Source: the human T2T-CHM13v2.0 reference genome, Homo sapiens. Taken from it: a DNA stretch of 64,000 bases. The position numbers and the translations under genes were made by a program. Position 1 is the first letter of the stretch. The number at the start of each line of letters is the position of its first letter. Below, piece after piece: positions 1-13,265 of this stretch. The notes under the pieces were generated by a model, which saw only the letters and a list, made by a program, of their open reading frames with translations, did not search any database and was not told the DNA's origin. The DNA is taken from assembly GCF_009914755.1 (NCBI RefSeq), contig NC_060942.1; one strand, given 5' to 3'.

Positions 1-818
1 ATATTTCTGTTGGCATAATATTTTCTATGTTGTCACATGCAGCAGGATTTCCTTCTTTCTTAAAAGTAGATTATATTTCATTTTTTATCTGTTGATTAAT
101 CCAGGGACATTAAAGTAGTTTCCATATCTTGGCTATTGTGAATAGTCAAGTGACTAGTTCACTGCACTGAACGTGGAAATGTAAATATCTTTTTGAAATC
201 CTGATTTCAATCCTTTCATATTAATGCCCAGAAGGAGAATTGCTGGATCATATGGTATTTCTATTTGTAATTTATTGAGAAAACTCCCCATCACTTTCCA
301 TAGCAGCTATACCATTTTAAATTCCCATCAACAGTGTACAAAGTTTTCAGTTTCTCTACCAATATTTGTTATAGTTTGTCTCGCTTTGTTTTCAACAGCC
401 ATCCTAACAGGTATGAGATAATATATCATTGTAATTTTGATTTATATTTCCATGACGATGAGTGATGTTGAGGATTTTTTCATATTCCTGTTGGCCATTT
501 GTATGTGTTCTTTGGATAAATGTCTATTCAAGTTATTTGCTCATTTTTAAGTTGTTTTTGCTTTTGAGTTGAAAGAATCCCTTATATATTTTGTAATATT
601 AAAACTTATCAGACATATCTTTTGCAAATATGTTCTTCCACTCCAAAGATTGCCTTTTTATTCTGTTGATTTTTTTCTTTTGCTGTGCAGAATTTTTTTA
701 GTTTGATGTAGTTCCATCTGTCCCTATATATTTTTGGTTTTGTTGCCTGTGCTTTTACTGTCATATACAGGAAATCATTGTCAAGATCAATGTCGTGAAG
801 GTTTCCCCCTGTTTTCTT

Positions 819-1113
<295 letters not shown>

Positions 1114-2297
1114 TCCCCTGTTTACTTGTAGAAGTTTTATAGTTTTAGGTCACAGGTTTAAGACATTTCTTCATTTTCAGTTAACGTTTGTTTATGGTGT
1201 AAAATAAGGGTCCAATTTCATTCATTCCAATGTGGATATCCACGTGTCCGAACACCGTTTATGCAAAAAACTAACTTTTCTTCATTATGTATTTTTGGCA
1301 CCCTTATGTATCAGTTGACTATATATGGGTGAGTTTACTCTGGGCTTTGTATTCTGTTCCATCAGTCTATCTGTCTGTCTTTATGCTTGGACGTATATTT
1401 TAATTACTTCACCTTTGCAGTACATTTTGAAAACACAGTGTGATGCCTCCATGTTTGTTGTTCTTTCTCAAGATTATTTTGACTATTCTATTAAAGGCTC
1501 TTTGTGGTTCCATATAAATTTATGGATTAATTTTATTGGGATTTTGATTGAGATTGCATCGAGTCTGTAGATTGCTTTGGGTAGTATGGACATTTAAACA
1601 ACATTAAGTATTCTAATCCATGTACTTTTCTTTCCATTTGTTTACATCTTTCTATGTTCCTTTCATCAATGTTTTACAGTTTTCAGTATATAAGTTTTTC
1701 ACTTTCCTAGTTAATTTTATTCCTGAGTAATTTATTATTTTTGAGGCTACTGTAAATGACACTGTCTTCTTAACTATCTTTTTGAATAGTTCGTTGTTAG
1801 TACACAGAACCACATCTGATTTTTTAATGTTAATTTTGTGTCCTGCAACTTTGCTGTTTTCATTTATTAGTTCTGATACTATTTTGGTAGAATCTTTAGA
1901 ATTTCTACATATAAAATCATGTCACCTGCAAACAGAGATAATATTACCTCTTTTTTATTTGGATGCCCTTTATGTCTTTATCTTGCCTAACTGCTCTGGC
2001 TAGTAGATAGAAGTAGCAATAGTGGACATACTTGCCTTGTTCCTAATCTTAGAGGAAAAACTTTAAGTCTTTCACCCTTGTACATGATATTAGCTGTGTG
2101 GGATTTTCATATATGGCCTTCATTATGTTAAGAAAATTTCTTTCTACTTCTAATTTGTTAAGAGTTTTTAAATAATAAAAGTTGTTGAACTTTGTCAAAT
2201 GCTTTTTCTGCACCTATTGAGATTATCATGTGGTTTTGATCTTTCATACTGTTAATGTGGTATAATTGATTTTAGTTGATTTTCCTGTTGAACCATC

Positions 2298-2369
2298 TGT
2301 TATGAACTACATATTTGAAGTAACCCAGCCTACGATATTCTGTTATAGCAGTCCAAACTAAGTAAGAGA
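2298..2369 (+). mobile_element. Internally deleted MaLR (MST/MLT1-type) solo LTR, 72 bp
   Basis: Starts TGTTATGAACT and ends with the MaLR U5 sequence ACCCAGCCTACGATATTCTGTTATAGCAG...TAAGAGA. 5-bp TSD CCATC at 2293-2297 and 2370-2374. Confidence 0.75.
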
Positions 2370-3136
2370 CCATCTTTGTATCTCAAGGATAAATTCTACT
2401 TGGTCACACTTTATAATCCTTTTGTTGTTTTGTTGAACTTGGTTTGCTGGTATTTTGTTGAGAAATGTTGCATCTATATTTATCAAAGGTATTGGCCAGT
2501 AGTTTCCTTTTCTTGTAGTGTTTTTATCTGGCTTTGATATCAGGGTAATTCTGGCTTCATCAAAGGAGTTTGGGAGTGTTCACTTCTCTTTAACCTTTTG
2601 GAGGTGATTGAGAAATACTGGTATTATTCCTTCTTTAAATGTTTACAAGAATTTACCAATGGATTCATCTGGTCCTGAGCTTTCCTTTCTTGGGAGGATT
2701 TTCATTACTGTTACAATGTTCTTAAGAATTATAGGTTTGTTCTAATTTTCTGTTTCTTAATGATTCAGTCTTGGTAGGTTGAATGTGTTGGGAATTAAAA
2801 ACAATACCCCAAAGTGAAAGCCTAAGAAGCATCCTTAAAAATAAAGTCTCTCTCGACCTTATCCTGCTCTCTAGCCTCCTAACCCTCATTCTTCCCTGAG
2901 GCAAGTCATAGAAACTAGAATTCCTCTTCTCCAAGGCAGGATGTAGAAATAATAACTCCTTTTCCCCAAAGCAAACCATAAGCCTAAAATTATTACTCAA
3001 ACCTTCTTCCGCTTTTCCTTGTAACAGCTGACTATAAAGAAATTAAGGCCCTTATTCCAGAAGTGTCCTATCCCGTATCCATAACAAAGAAATGCTACAA
3101 CAGAGAGGCTAAGAAGAATCTGAACAGACAGGCTGT

Positions 3137-3179
3137 TTTTCCCTGCTCCTTTTCCCTGCTCTTTTTCCCTGCTCCTTTT
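3137..3179 (+). repeat. Tandem repeat, 3 x ~13-14 bp TTTTCCCTGCTC(C)
   Basis: Three copies are directly visible next to the Tigger2a end. Confidence 0.85.
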
Positions 3180-3180
3180 G

Positions 3181-3671
3181 CAGTTTAGCCTTGAACAATG
3201 TGTGGGTCAGGGTTGCTGACCCACCATGCAAATATTTGCATATAGCTATTGAGTGCCCCCAAATTTAACTATTAGCCTACTGTTGACAAGAAGCCTTACC
3301 AATAACATAAATTGTTGATTAACACATATTTTTTATATGTTTTATGTACTGTATTCTTACCATAAAGTAAGCTAGAGAAAAGAAAATATTATTAAGTAAA
3401 CCATAAGGAAGAGAAAATATACTTACTGTAAATTAAGTGGAAGTGGATCATCATAAAGGTATTCAGTTTCATCATTTTCATACTGGGTAGGTTGAGAAGA
3501 TGGAGAAAAGGGAGGGGCTGATCTTGCTACTCAGGGTGGCAGAGACAGAAGTGAAGGAGGTGAAATGAGAGGCATAAGAGGCAGACACACTCTGTGTAAC
3601 TTTTATTGACAAAATCTTCATATAAGTGGACCCATGCAAACCAAACTAGTGTTTTGTGGAAGGGTGAATTG
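3181..3671 (-). mobile_element. Tigger2a/MER28 non-autonomous DNA transposon
   Basis: Degenerate TIRs CAGTTTAGCCTTGAACAA ... AAGGGTGAATTG followed by TA. Internal sequence is the reverse complement of the copy at 33551-37058. Confidence 0.85.
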
Positions 3672-4696
3672 TATTACTGTTAGATCATAGCTTTTTTTAT
3701 ATAGTCACAGTCTACATGTCTGTCCCTACTTTATTGAACCTAACCATAAAATCAGATACTTTCCCCTGTATCTTTGGGTCTTCCTTCTGAAGGCTCCTGT
3801 GTCACATAAAACTATGATCAAATAAATTTGTTATGCTTTTCTCTTATTAACCTGTCTTTTGTTATAGTCAACTCTGACCCTTATGATGGAGAAGAAATGA
3901 ATCACTCCTTTTCTTCTTCTACATCTGTGTCTAGGAATTTGCCCCTTGCTTCTAAGTTATTCAATTTTTTGGCTTATAATTATCCGTAGTAGTATCTTAT
4001 GATCCTTTTAAGTGTCTTTCGTGTCTTTTGTTTTTCTCTTTTGCTGTCTTCCTTTGCTTTTCATTGATTTTTTTTGTTTGTATTGATGTGCTTTGATTAC
4101 TTCCTTTTTCTCATTTTGTATCTTCTATAGTCATTTGCATTCTAGTTACCATGGGACTTACATAAAACAACTTGTAGTTATAAGAGTCTATTTTAAGTTG
4201 ATAACAACTTAACTTGAATTGCACCAGCTTAATTTCAATGGCATACTAAAACTATTCTTTTACTTCTCCCTCTCCACACACACTTTTATTGATGTCATAA
4301 CTTACATATTTGTATATTGTTACATTATAATTTTACAGTTTTAGTTATTTTTAATACTTTTTAAAACGTTTATGCTATAATTAAACATAATTTACCCAAC
4401 ATTTACAGGATTACAATATTCTATACTTGTCTATATTTTACCTTCACCAGTGATTTTTATATTTTCATGTGCTTTCATATTGCTGTTCAGGATATTTTTA
4501 TTTCAACTTGAAGAACTTCCTTTAGCATTTCTGGTAAGGCAGATCTAGTAGTGATAAACTACCCCTTGTATTTGTCTGGGAAAGTCCTTAACTCTTCTTC
4601 ATTTCTGAAGGATAGCCTTGTCGGGTGTAGCATGCTTGGTTGTCAGTTTTTGTTTTCCTTTCAGTACTTTGACTATATCATTTATCATTCTACTTT

Positions 4697-5009
4697 CTTT
4701 TTCTTTTTTTTTTTTTTTTTTTGTCTTTTTGAGATAAGGGTCTCACTCTGTGGTCCAGGCTGGAGTGCAGTGGCATGATCTTGGCTTACTGCAGCCTCAA
4801 TCTCCTGGGTTAACAGTCCTCCCACTCAGCCTCCTGAGTAGCTAGGACTACAGGCTTGTGCCACCACACTCAGTTAATGTTGTATTTTTTGTTGAAACAG
4901 GGTTTCTTCATGTTGCCCGGGGTTGTCTCAAACTACTGAGCTCGAGCAATCTGCCTACCTTGGCTGCCTGAAGTGCTGGGATTACAGACTTGAGCCACCA
5001 TGCCTGGCC
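4697..5009 (-). mobile_element. AluJ-like SINE
   Basis: Poly-T followed by GAGATAAGGGTCTCACTCTG...CCACCATGCCTGGCC. Confidence 0.9.
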
Positions 5010-5715
5010 CACTCACCTTCCTTCTGATCTGCAATATTTCTGCTGAGAAATTCACTTTATAAAATAGATAGACTTATATGGTGTGACTGTCTGCATGACA
5101 AGTTACTTTAGTCTTTATGCTTTCAAAATACTCTTTTTGTCTTTGACTTTGAAAATTTGATTGTGTCTCAGTGTGGATTTCTTTGTGATCATCGTATTTG
5201 TGTACTCTTGGGATTCATGGATCAGATGTCCATTTCCTTTCCAAGATTAGAAATTGTTCAGCCAATATTTCTTTGAATAAGTTTTTCTTGCTTCTTTTTC
5301 GCTTCTTCTTCTGGGATACCCATAATGCATATAGTAATCCATCTTATACTGTCACATAAGCCTCTTAATCTTCCTTTACTCTTTTTTGTTATTTTTCTTT
5401 TAGCTCCTCTGACTGAATAATTTCCAGTTTCCTGTCTTAAAGTTCACTAATTCTTTTTCTGCTTTATATAATCTTCTGTTGAACCCTTCTAGTGAATTTT
5501 TCTGTTTAATTATTGTATTTTTAAGATTCTTAATTTCTCTTTGGTACAATTTCATATTTTCTCTTTGCTGAAATTTTCGCTTATTTTATACATTGTGCTC
5601 CTGACACTGTTGAGTACTTTATAATGGTAATTCTTAATTCTCTGTCAAGTAAATCATATGTCTCCATTTCATTAGGGTGGTTTTCTGGAGATTTATTTAT
5701 CATCTTAATAATGGA

Positions 5716-6085
5716 ATTACCAAGAAAGACACAACACAGATAATCTCTGGATGGAACAAGCTTTACTCACATAGAGAAGAAACAGAGCAAGATCAGCGTT
5801 AGTAGTGGTCCTTGGTCTCCCCTGGCCATCAGATTCTTCCTGGAAGCTGATGCACAATAATTGGTCTGTACACACACCCCTTGTGATGCAGCAGAAAGAC
5901 CCCATCCCCTCATGCAGGGGATAAATATAGCAGTGGATTTGGCCAGGTGCCATATGACACACATGTTTAAGCAGAAGAAAGACAAACATGGGTTGGAACA
6001 GTAAAAGTTATTTCCACACAATGCAATAAGCCCAACACAAATTGTGAAGACTATCTTTTGGTACAAAAGTTTTCCAGGCCTGAGG
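5716..6085 (-). mobile_element. Probable ERVL-class LTR fragment (MER54/74/76-like)
   Basis: More GC-rich block with an antisense AGTAAA signal (CTTTACT) in an LTR R/U5-like context. Family is uncertain. Confidence 0.45.
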
Positions 6086-6109
6086 AAATATCTTCAAAAT
6101 ATTTTGATT

Positions 6110-6215
6110 TATTTTTTCTTTTTTAGAGACAATGTCCTCTTCTGTCACCCAACTGGAGTGCAGTGGTGTGGTCATAGCTCGCTGTAAACTTAGGTGAGAG
6201 CCACTGCACCCAGCT
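6110..6215 (-). mobile_element. Internally deleted Alu/FLAM fragment
   Basis: T-run, GAGACAATGTC...GGAGTGCAGTGGTGTGGTCATAGCTCGCTG joined directly to AGGTGAGAGCCACTGCACCCAGC. Confidence 0.75.
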
Positions 6216-8247
6216 TCTTGATAGTATTTTAAATGCAATTGCCTTCAATCTATAGATGAAGATGGGAAAAGTTCACATATTAACAATAATGAGTCTTAAA
6301 TTCATGAACATGCAATATTCTCCACTAATTTTTAGCTTTTTACATTTCTTCTACTTTTTATAGTTTTCCATATACCTGTTCTGTACATATTTAATCAGAT
6401 TTATACCATTTTGTTGCTTTTGGTACTATTGTAAGTGGTAGTTTTTTAAAAATATAAAATGCCAATTGCTCATTTCTGACATATAGGAAAGCAATTGAAT
6501 TTTTCATATTGATCTTGTATCCTATGACTGGAATACTTGTTTATTAATTATGGGAAGTTTTGTTTGTTTGGCTATATTCTCTGGAGTTTTCTATAATCAT
6601 ATCGTCTCTGAATAAAGGTAGTTTTATTTCTTTCACTGTAATAATTACAAATTTTATTTTTCTATGGCATTATTGCACTATCTGGGGTTTTATAATATTG
6701 AGTAGGAATGATAAGAGACAGTACCCTTGCCTGGTTGCTGATCATAGAAGGAAAATGCCCAATCTCATCCTACAATTATGATTTTAGAATAAGGTTTTTT
6801 TGTAGGTTTATTTTTAAATCATGTTGAGGAAGCTCCTAGTTTTCTGAGAGTTTTTATCATTTGTGGGTCTTGGATTTTTGGATTATGTTTAATGTATTTT
6901 CTGCATTTGCTGATATGATAGTATGATTTTTTACTATTAGCTTTCTGATATGGAAGATTATACAGATTGAGTTTTAAATTTTAAACTAGCTTTGCATTGT
7001 TGAAATAATTCCCAACTGATTTTAATGCTTAATTATTTTCATACATTTCTGGATTAATTTACTATTTTTTTAGGATTCCTGCATCTATGTTCATGAGAGA
7101 TGTCATTTTGTAGTTTTCTATTTTTTCAATGCTTTTATCTGTTTAAGTATTGGGGTAATACTGACCTTATAGACTGAGATAAAAATGTTACCTCTGCTTT
7201 TCTTTTCTGGAAGAGATTCTGGAGAACTGGTATTTTTCTTTAAATGTTTGGTAGAATTTGTCAATGCATACCTCTGGGCCTAGTAGTTGTTTTTTTTTTT
7301 TTTTTTTTTTTGTTCGTTTAGAGGATTTGTAATGTAATTTCTTCAACAGAAATAGGCTACTCAGGTAATCAGCTTCTCCTTGTGTGAGCTTTGCTAGGTG
7401 AAAATTTGGGATGTTTTTCTAAGTTTTCAAATTTGTGGGCATAAAATTGTTTTTACTATTTTCTTATACTTTCAATGGCCATGTTATCAATAGTAATGAT
7501 TCTTCTTCCTTGCATTTGTAATATTGATCAGTCATCTGCACTTGCCTTCTCTGTCTCTGTCTCTCACATACACATTTTTGGTTAACCTGGCTAGTAATAT
7601 ATCAATTTTGTTGCTCTCTTCAAGGATCAATTTTGATTCATTTATTTTTCATTTATTTTCTTTTGTTTTCCTGTATTTCTCTTCTATTTTTATCTTTTCC
7701 ATTCTTGAAGCTTAATTTGCTCATCTTTCTCTAGTTTCCAAAGAACTAATTTATTAACTTTCAGAAATTCTTCTTTTCTAATACACACATTTATTGCCGT
7801 AATATTCTCTTTAAGCATTTCTTTGGCTGCATCCCACAAATTGTGATAAGTTGTATTTCCATTTTCATTTAGTTTAATATATAATTTAAAACTCTTGACA
7901 GACTTATTCTTTAATATACATATTATTTATAAATATGTTGTTTAATTTGCAAATATTTGATGGTGTTTTAGTTTATATTTCTGGTAGTGAGTTCTAATTT
8001 AATTCACTTGTGTTCTGAGTACATAAACTGTATGATATCTGTTTTTTTAATTGTTGATTAGTGTTTCATGGCTTAGTGGTGCTTCATGTGAGCTGCAGAA
8101 AAATGTGTATTCTTCTGTTGTTGGATGAAATATTTTTCAATTTGATCAAGTGAATTAATAATTTTATTTATGTCATTTATATCCTTACGGATTTCTGCGT
8201 TCATGACCTGTTGATTACTGATAGAAGGAAGTTGAAGTTTCCAATGA

Positions 8248-8557
<310 letters not shown>

Positions 8558-9276
8558 TCCATTACTTTATTTTAATCTGAGTCTTTACATTTAAAGTTGG
8601 TTTCTAACAAATGCATAGTTTGGTCTTTTTTGTTTCTGCCACTCTCAAAATCTCTGTCTTTTAATTAGTTTGTTAAAATAATTTACATTTAAAGTGAGTA
8701 ATGTTATATTTGTATTCATATCTATCATTTTTGTAACTTTTTTATTTTTTCCATTTTTTAATTTTTTTCTTTTTGTGAACCTGTCTTTTGACTGAGCAAT
8801 TTATGTTATTCAATTTAATTTCTTCTTGTAGCATATCACCTTTTAATCCTTCTTAAATGATTGTCCTGTTGTTTAAAATATTCGCTTTTACTAATCTTAG
8901 TCCACTTCCAATTAACACTGTACTGCTTCATGTTTAGTGCAGGTTTCTGACCAAAGAGTATTCCTAATTTTTCCCTTTTGCTATATTGCTGTCATATCCT
9001 TTTACTTATCGGCACGATATAATGGTCCAATACAATGCTACTATTTTGCTCTAAACAAACAGTTTTCTTTTAGATCAGTAATGAGTAAGACAAACAGATT
9101 ATTTAATCTTGCCTTTATTGGCTCCTTCTACGACACTGTTTCTTTATGGTAGATCCATGTTTCTGGGCTTCATCTTTTCCCTTCCGCCTTCTTTTAATAT
9201 TTCATGCAGGGCAGGTTTGTGGGCGATGAATGTGCTCACTCTCTGTTTGTCTGAGAAAGTCTTTATTTCTCCTTCA

Positions 9277-9595
<319 letters not shown>

Positions 9596-11324
9596 AGTGT
9601 AATTTTTCTAGATAGAGAATTCTAGGATGCTCTTTTTGTTCTTTGAACACTAAATAATTGGCTCCACTCTTCTTGTTTGCATGCTTTGTGAAAAAGTCTA
9701 TTCTTATTCCTGTTTCTCAATAGGTAAAATTGCTGTCATCTTTTCTCAATTGCCCTACCCATCCCCAGTTTCTTTCAAGACTTTCTCTTTGTCTTTGATT
9801 TTCTGCATTTCAATATCATATATGTAGGTGCATATTTTGCCAAGACATGGCTAGTATTTTGTTATTTATCCTGCTTTAGTAGTGTTTAAATTTCCCTAAT
9901 CTGTGGTTTGGTTTCTGTCATTATATTTGGAAAATTATCTGCAACTGTAACTTCAAATATATATATAATTTAACTTATATATATATATATAAATAAATAT
10001 ATATATATAATTTCCCTTCTTCTCTATCAGGCATACCTTATACCTTTTTAATTTTGCTTATACCTTTTTAATTGCCCTTTAGGTGTTGGATATTCTGGGC
10101 ATTCCTTTTTCCTCACTGTACTTCAGGTTTGGAAGTTGTCACTGACTAATCTTCAAGTTCACAGCTTTCCTTTTCTTTTTTAGGTGAGGGGGCGAGTGGT
10201 GGGCTTTGTCCATTGTGTCCAGTCTACTGATGGGTCCGTCAAAGACATGCCTCATTTTTGTTTTGATGTTTTTCATTTACGGTATTTCGTTTTGTTTCTT
10301 TCTTAGAGTTTCAGTCTCTCTGCTTATGCTACCCATCTGTTCTTACATGTCAACTTTTTTCATTAGAACCTTTAACCTTTAGAAGTGTTCCTCCTGTGGT
10401 ACAGCCTCTCACTTGCTTCCTAGGGTATGTCATTCCCAATATATGTGCTTGAAGTTCTGATCCCTGTTGACTACTCTTTTTCTTCCCAGGTGGGGCATCA
10501 AGGCTGAAGGGGCCCAATGTGAGAAAAAATTACATTCCACTCACTGGGATAAGATTTTGACAAAATCCTTTCTCTTGGAGCATGGGCCTTTGTTACATGA
10601 GTACCTGGGGGGGATCCTGGAGGTAAATCTCACAGAAGTGTGGGGCCTCCTTAAGACTGGGCTCCCAGGAGTTTTTGACTCTATGCTAGTCCATACTCAG
10701 CCCCTGCCAACTTATCAAAATGCCAATTAAGCAATTATACCAGTTCATGGCTTCAGCAGCTTTTGCTCCATATAAGCATGTCTTAGTGTTATCTCTCTGA
10801 ACACCTGTCCCTTCTAATTTTGAGTGGTGGCCTTCCTTGTCACTTGAGTTTCCTGATAGCTCTAAGAAAAGTTGTAGATATTTCTGATTATTCATTTTTT
10901 TTTCTTATTGTAAGGATAGAAGTGACCACTTCCCACTTCCAAGCTGTTTACATGTGGGAAATGAAATTAGAAGTCTCTGTTAATAGTTTTAATTACTTTA
11001 ACACTGTAAAGCATGTGTATTTTAATTATTCCTTTATAATAAACAACTTGCTATAGCACCATAACACAGTAATAGGCAATACATTTTCCCCAGGTAATTC
11101 ATTCATAAATCATTCCCTCATAGTTTAGGCATAATCTCCTATGCTTGCTCCTGGTAATTTCCCAGTACTTTTGTCATAAACTAATACTGAGAAGTAGACT
11201 TAAAAGAAAATATTAATGTATCATATATTGTATCATATAGTACATGACCAATGTGGAATATGAGAAATTCTAGGCTATCTTATTTTGCAAAATTATCAGC
11301 ACATTAGATACATACATGTCTACC

Positions 11325-11410
11325 TATTTATGTATATATACACACATATATAATGTATGCATATGTATATACATATGCATGTGTATACATATATGTGATA
11401 CACAATTATA
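11325..11410. repeat. TA/TG/CA low-complexity repeat
   Basis: TATGTATATATACACACATATATAATGTATGCATATGTATATAC... Confidence 0.8.
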
Positions 11411-12139
11411 TAGTTATTATTTTGTCTTGTGTGATCATGCAATACTGTGAGGTGAATTCCCTTTGTGATCTGCCTCCTAAACTTTCTAGATGCTTTATGC
11501 AAAGCTTGATTCTTGGAAAACCCACTGTTAATACATTTTGAAGTCTACTTCTGTTCAATTATCTTAATTTACCTTTCAGACCTTGGAATAAGCTGTATTT
11601 CTCTACAAAGGGCTATGAACTTTTCTTTTTCTGCCTTTCATGAAGCTACCAGCTAGCTGTAATTTGCTGCGTGTTTATTCTACTTTCCAGCATAAATACA
11701 TAAAATGTTATGATTGCTCCAATGTCATGGGATTACTGGAAATTAACTCTGCAACCGATGAAAGCTACCTCGTTTCAATGTTTATTCTTTTAATTCCCTC
11801 TCCTCTTTTTTTGTTCAGTGTTGTTTTTCATCATTATTTCCAAATTCGGGTATCTGCTGCTGTCTTACAATATTTACTTATAGAATAATACCATCAAAGT
11901 TACATTATTCTTTAATATTCCATAATAACAGCACATATGAAAAAGACATAAAGCATTGAAGAAAGAGAGGATGATTAAAAAATAGAAAAAATGGTAAATT
12001 TAGTTTTATAAATCTGGTATTAAAGTACCATATAAAAATAAAAAAAATTTTATTACTTGGAGTATTTATAATACACACACACAGATATAGCTTTTGTTAA
12101 ATGCAGCATTTTCTCATGTTCCACTCTTTGGTCCTATCC

Positions 12140-13265
12140 ACTTCCATATCTAGTACTCCTTCATATGAATCATCTCATGGTGATGTCACCATGATTCACA
12201 ATTTTAAATGCCACTTAGGAGACATTGTCCCAAGACTATAAACCCAGAAAACAGTTCACAATATAATTTGAGTTCCAGACATTCTAACCAAGTGCCTAAT
12301 TGACATTTTTATGTGGATACTTCACAAGTATTTTGAACAGTGTTAAAACATGAATGCATCACCCTTCTTCAAACAAGTCAAATGTCTATCTATCTATCCA
12401 TCTATCCATCTATCTATCTATGCTCTGTAATTGTAATTGTGGGAATTGTAATTTGTGGGAATTATAATTTGTGGGACTTGTAAACACAAAGAAAAAAATA
12501 CAAGTAAATCCCACAAATTCTAATGTTTGATGTTACGATGCATGGTGTCATCATTCATTCAACTGCATAAGCCAGAAATCTGTTATTCTTAACTCCTCTC
12601 ACTACCCAAACCTTTATATTTGAAAAGTTATTATGTTTTAAATACTTGATTTCTAAATAAACCTTAAATCTTCATTCATCTCCACTATCTGTCCCTAGAT
12701 CATGCTTCCATCATATCTTGTCTAAAGAATCTTCAATAGTTACTCCTTGTTCTTCATCTAAATTCAAAACTTGTAGTTTGGACATGAAGAGCCTAAAGTA
12801 TTTAGATATCGTTAAATTTATTGACACTCATGTTACATTATTTTACCTTTTGTTTTCTTTCTTTTGGATCAAATTGTCCTTGTTTCATTTCAGTAATGAA
12901 TATGTTACCTTCTGGGTTGAGTCTTCCCCAGAAACTCTTTCCTCATATTACAATATTCTTTCTCTTTGTTAATTATTTCATCGTAAAATATTTACAGTTT
13001 ACCTAACATAACTCTTTCTTAAAAGCTTTCAAATGATATTTGTCTTGATCTAGTTCTCTCTTATATGCCAAAATAGCACCTTGTTAGTACTCACCACAAT
13101 TTTTGTTTCATATTTGCTTGTATACATAGTTATTTATCACCTGGATCCTTTATTAAAATTTCTTTCCAAGAGAGTAAGAATTATGTATTTATTTTTTATT
13201 CACTTAATCTTAGTAAGTAGCATAGTCTTGGTTCATAGTAGATTGTTAATATTTGTTGAACAAGT
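12140..13265 (+). mobile_element. L2 LINE relic (3' portion)
   Basis: L2-like CCAAGTGCCTAATTGACATTTTTATGTGGATA, GCCAGAAATCTG, and the 3' end CATAGTAGATTGTTAATATTTGTTGAA. Confidence 0.65.
12384..12483. repeat. (TCTA/TCCA)n microsatellite followed by a ~16-17-bp minisatellite (TAATTTGTGGGAATTG)x3
   Basis: Repeats are directly visible. Confidence 0.85.

Larger units (their letters stand above)
2786..3923 (+). mobile_element. ERV1 solo LTR (MER39-like) split by Tigger2a
   Basis: Starts TGTTGGGAATTAAAAACAATACCCCAAAG, has AATAAA near 3821 and ends ...CTTCTACA. The host L1 resumes in register on both sides. Confidence 0.75.

Noticed and set aside
7290-7311. 22-nt poly-T as a solo poly-A retroinsertion
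   Set aside because: No TSD is visible; more simply an expanded T-run in antisense L1.
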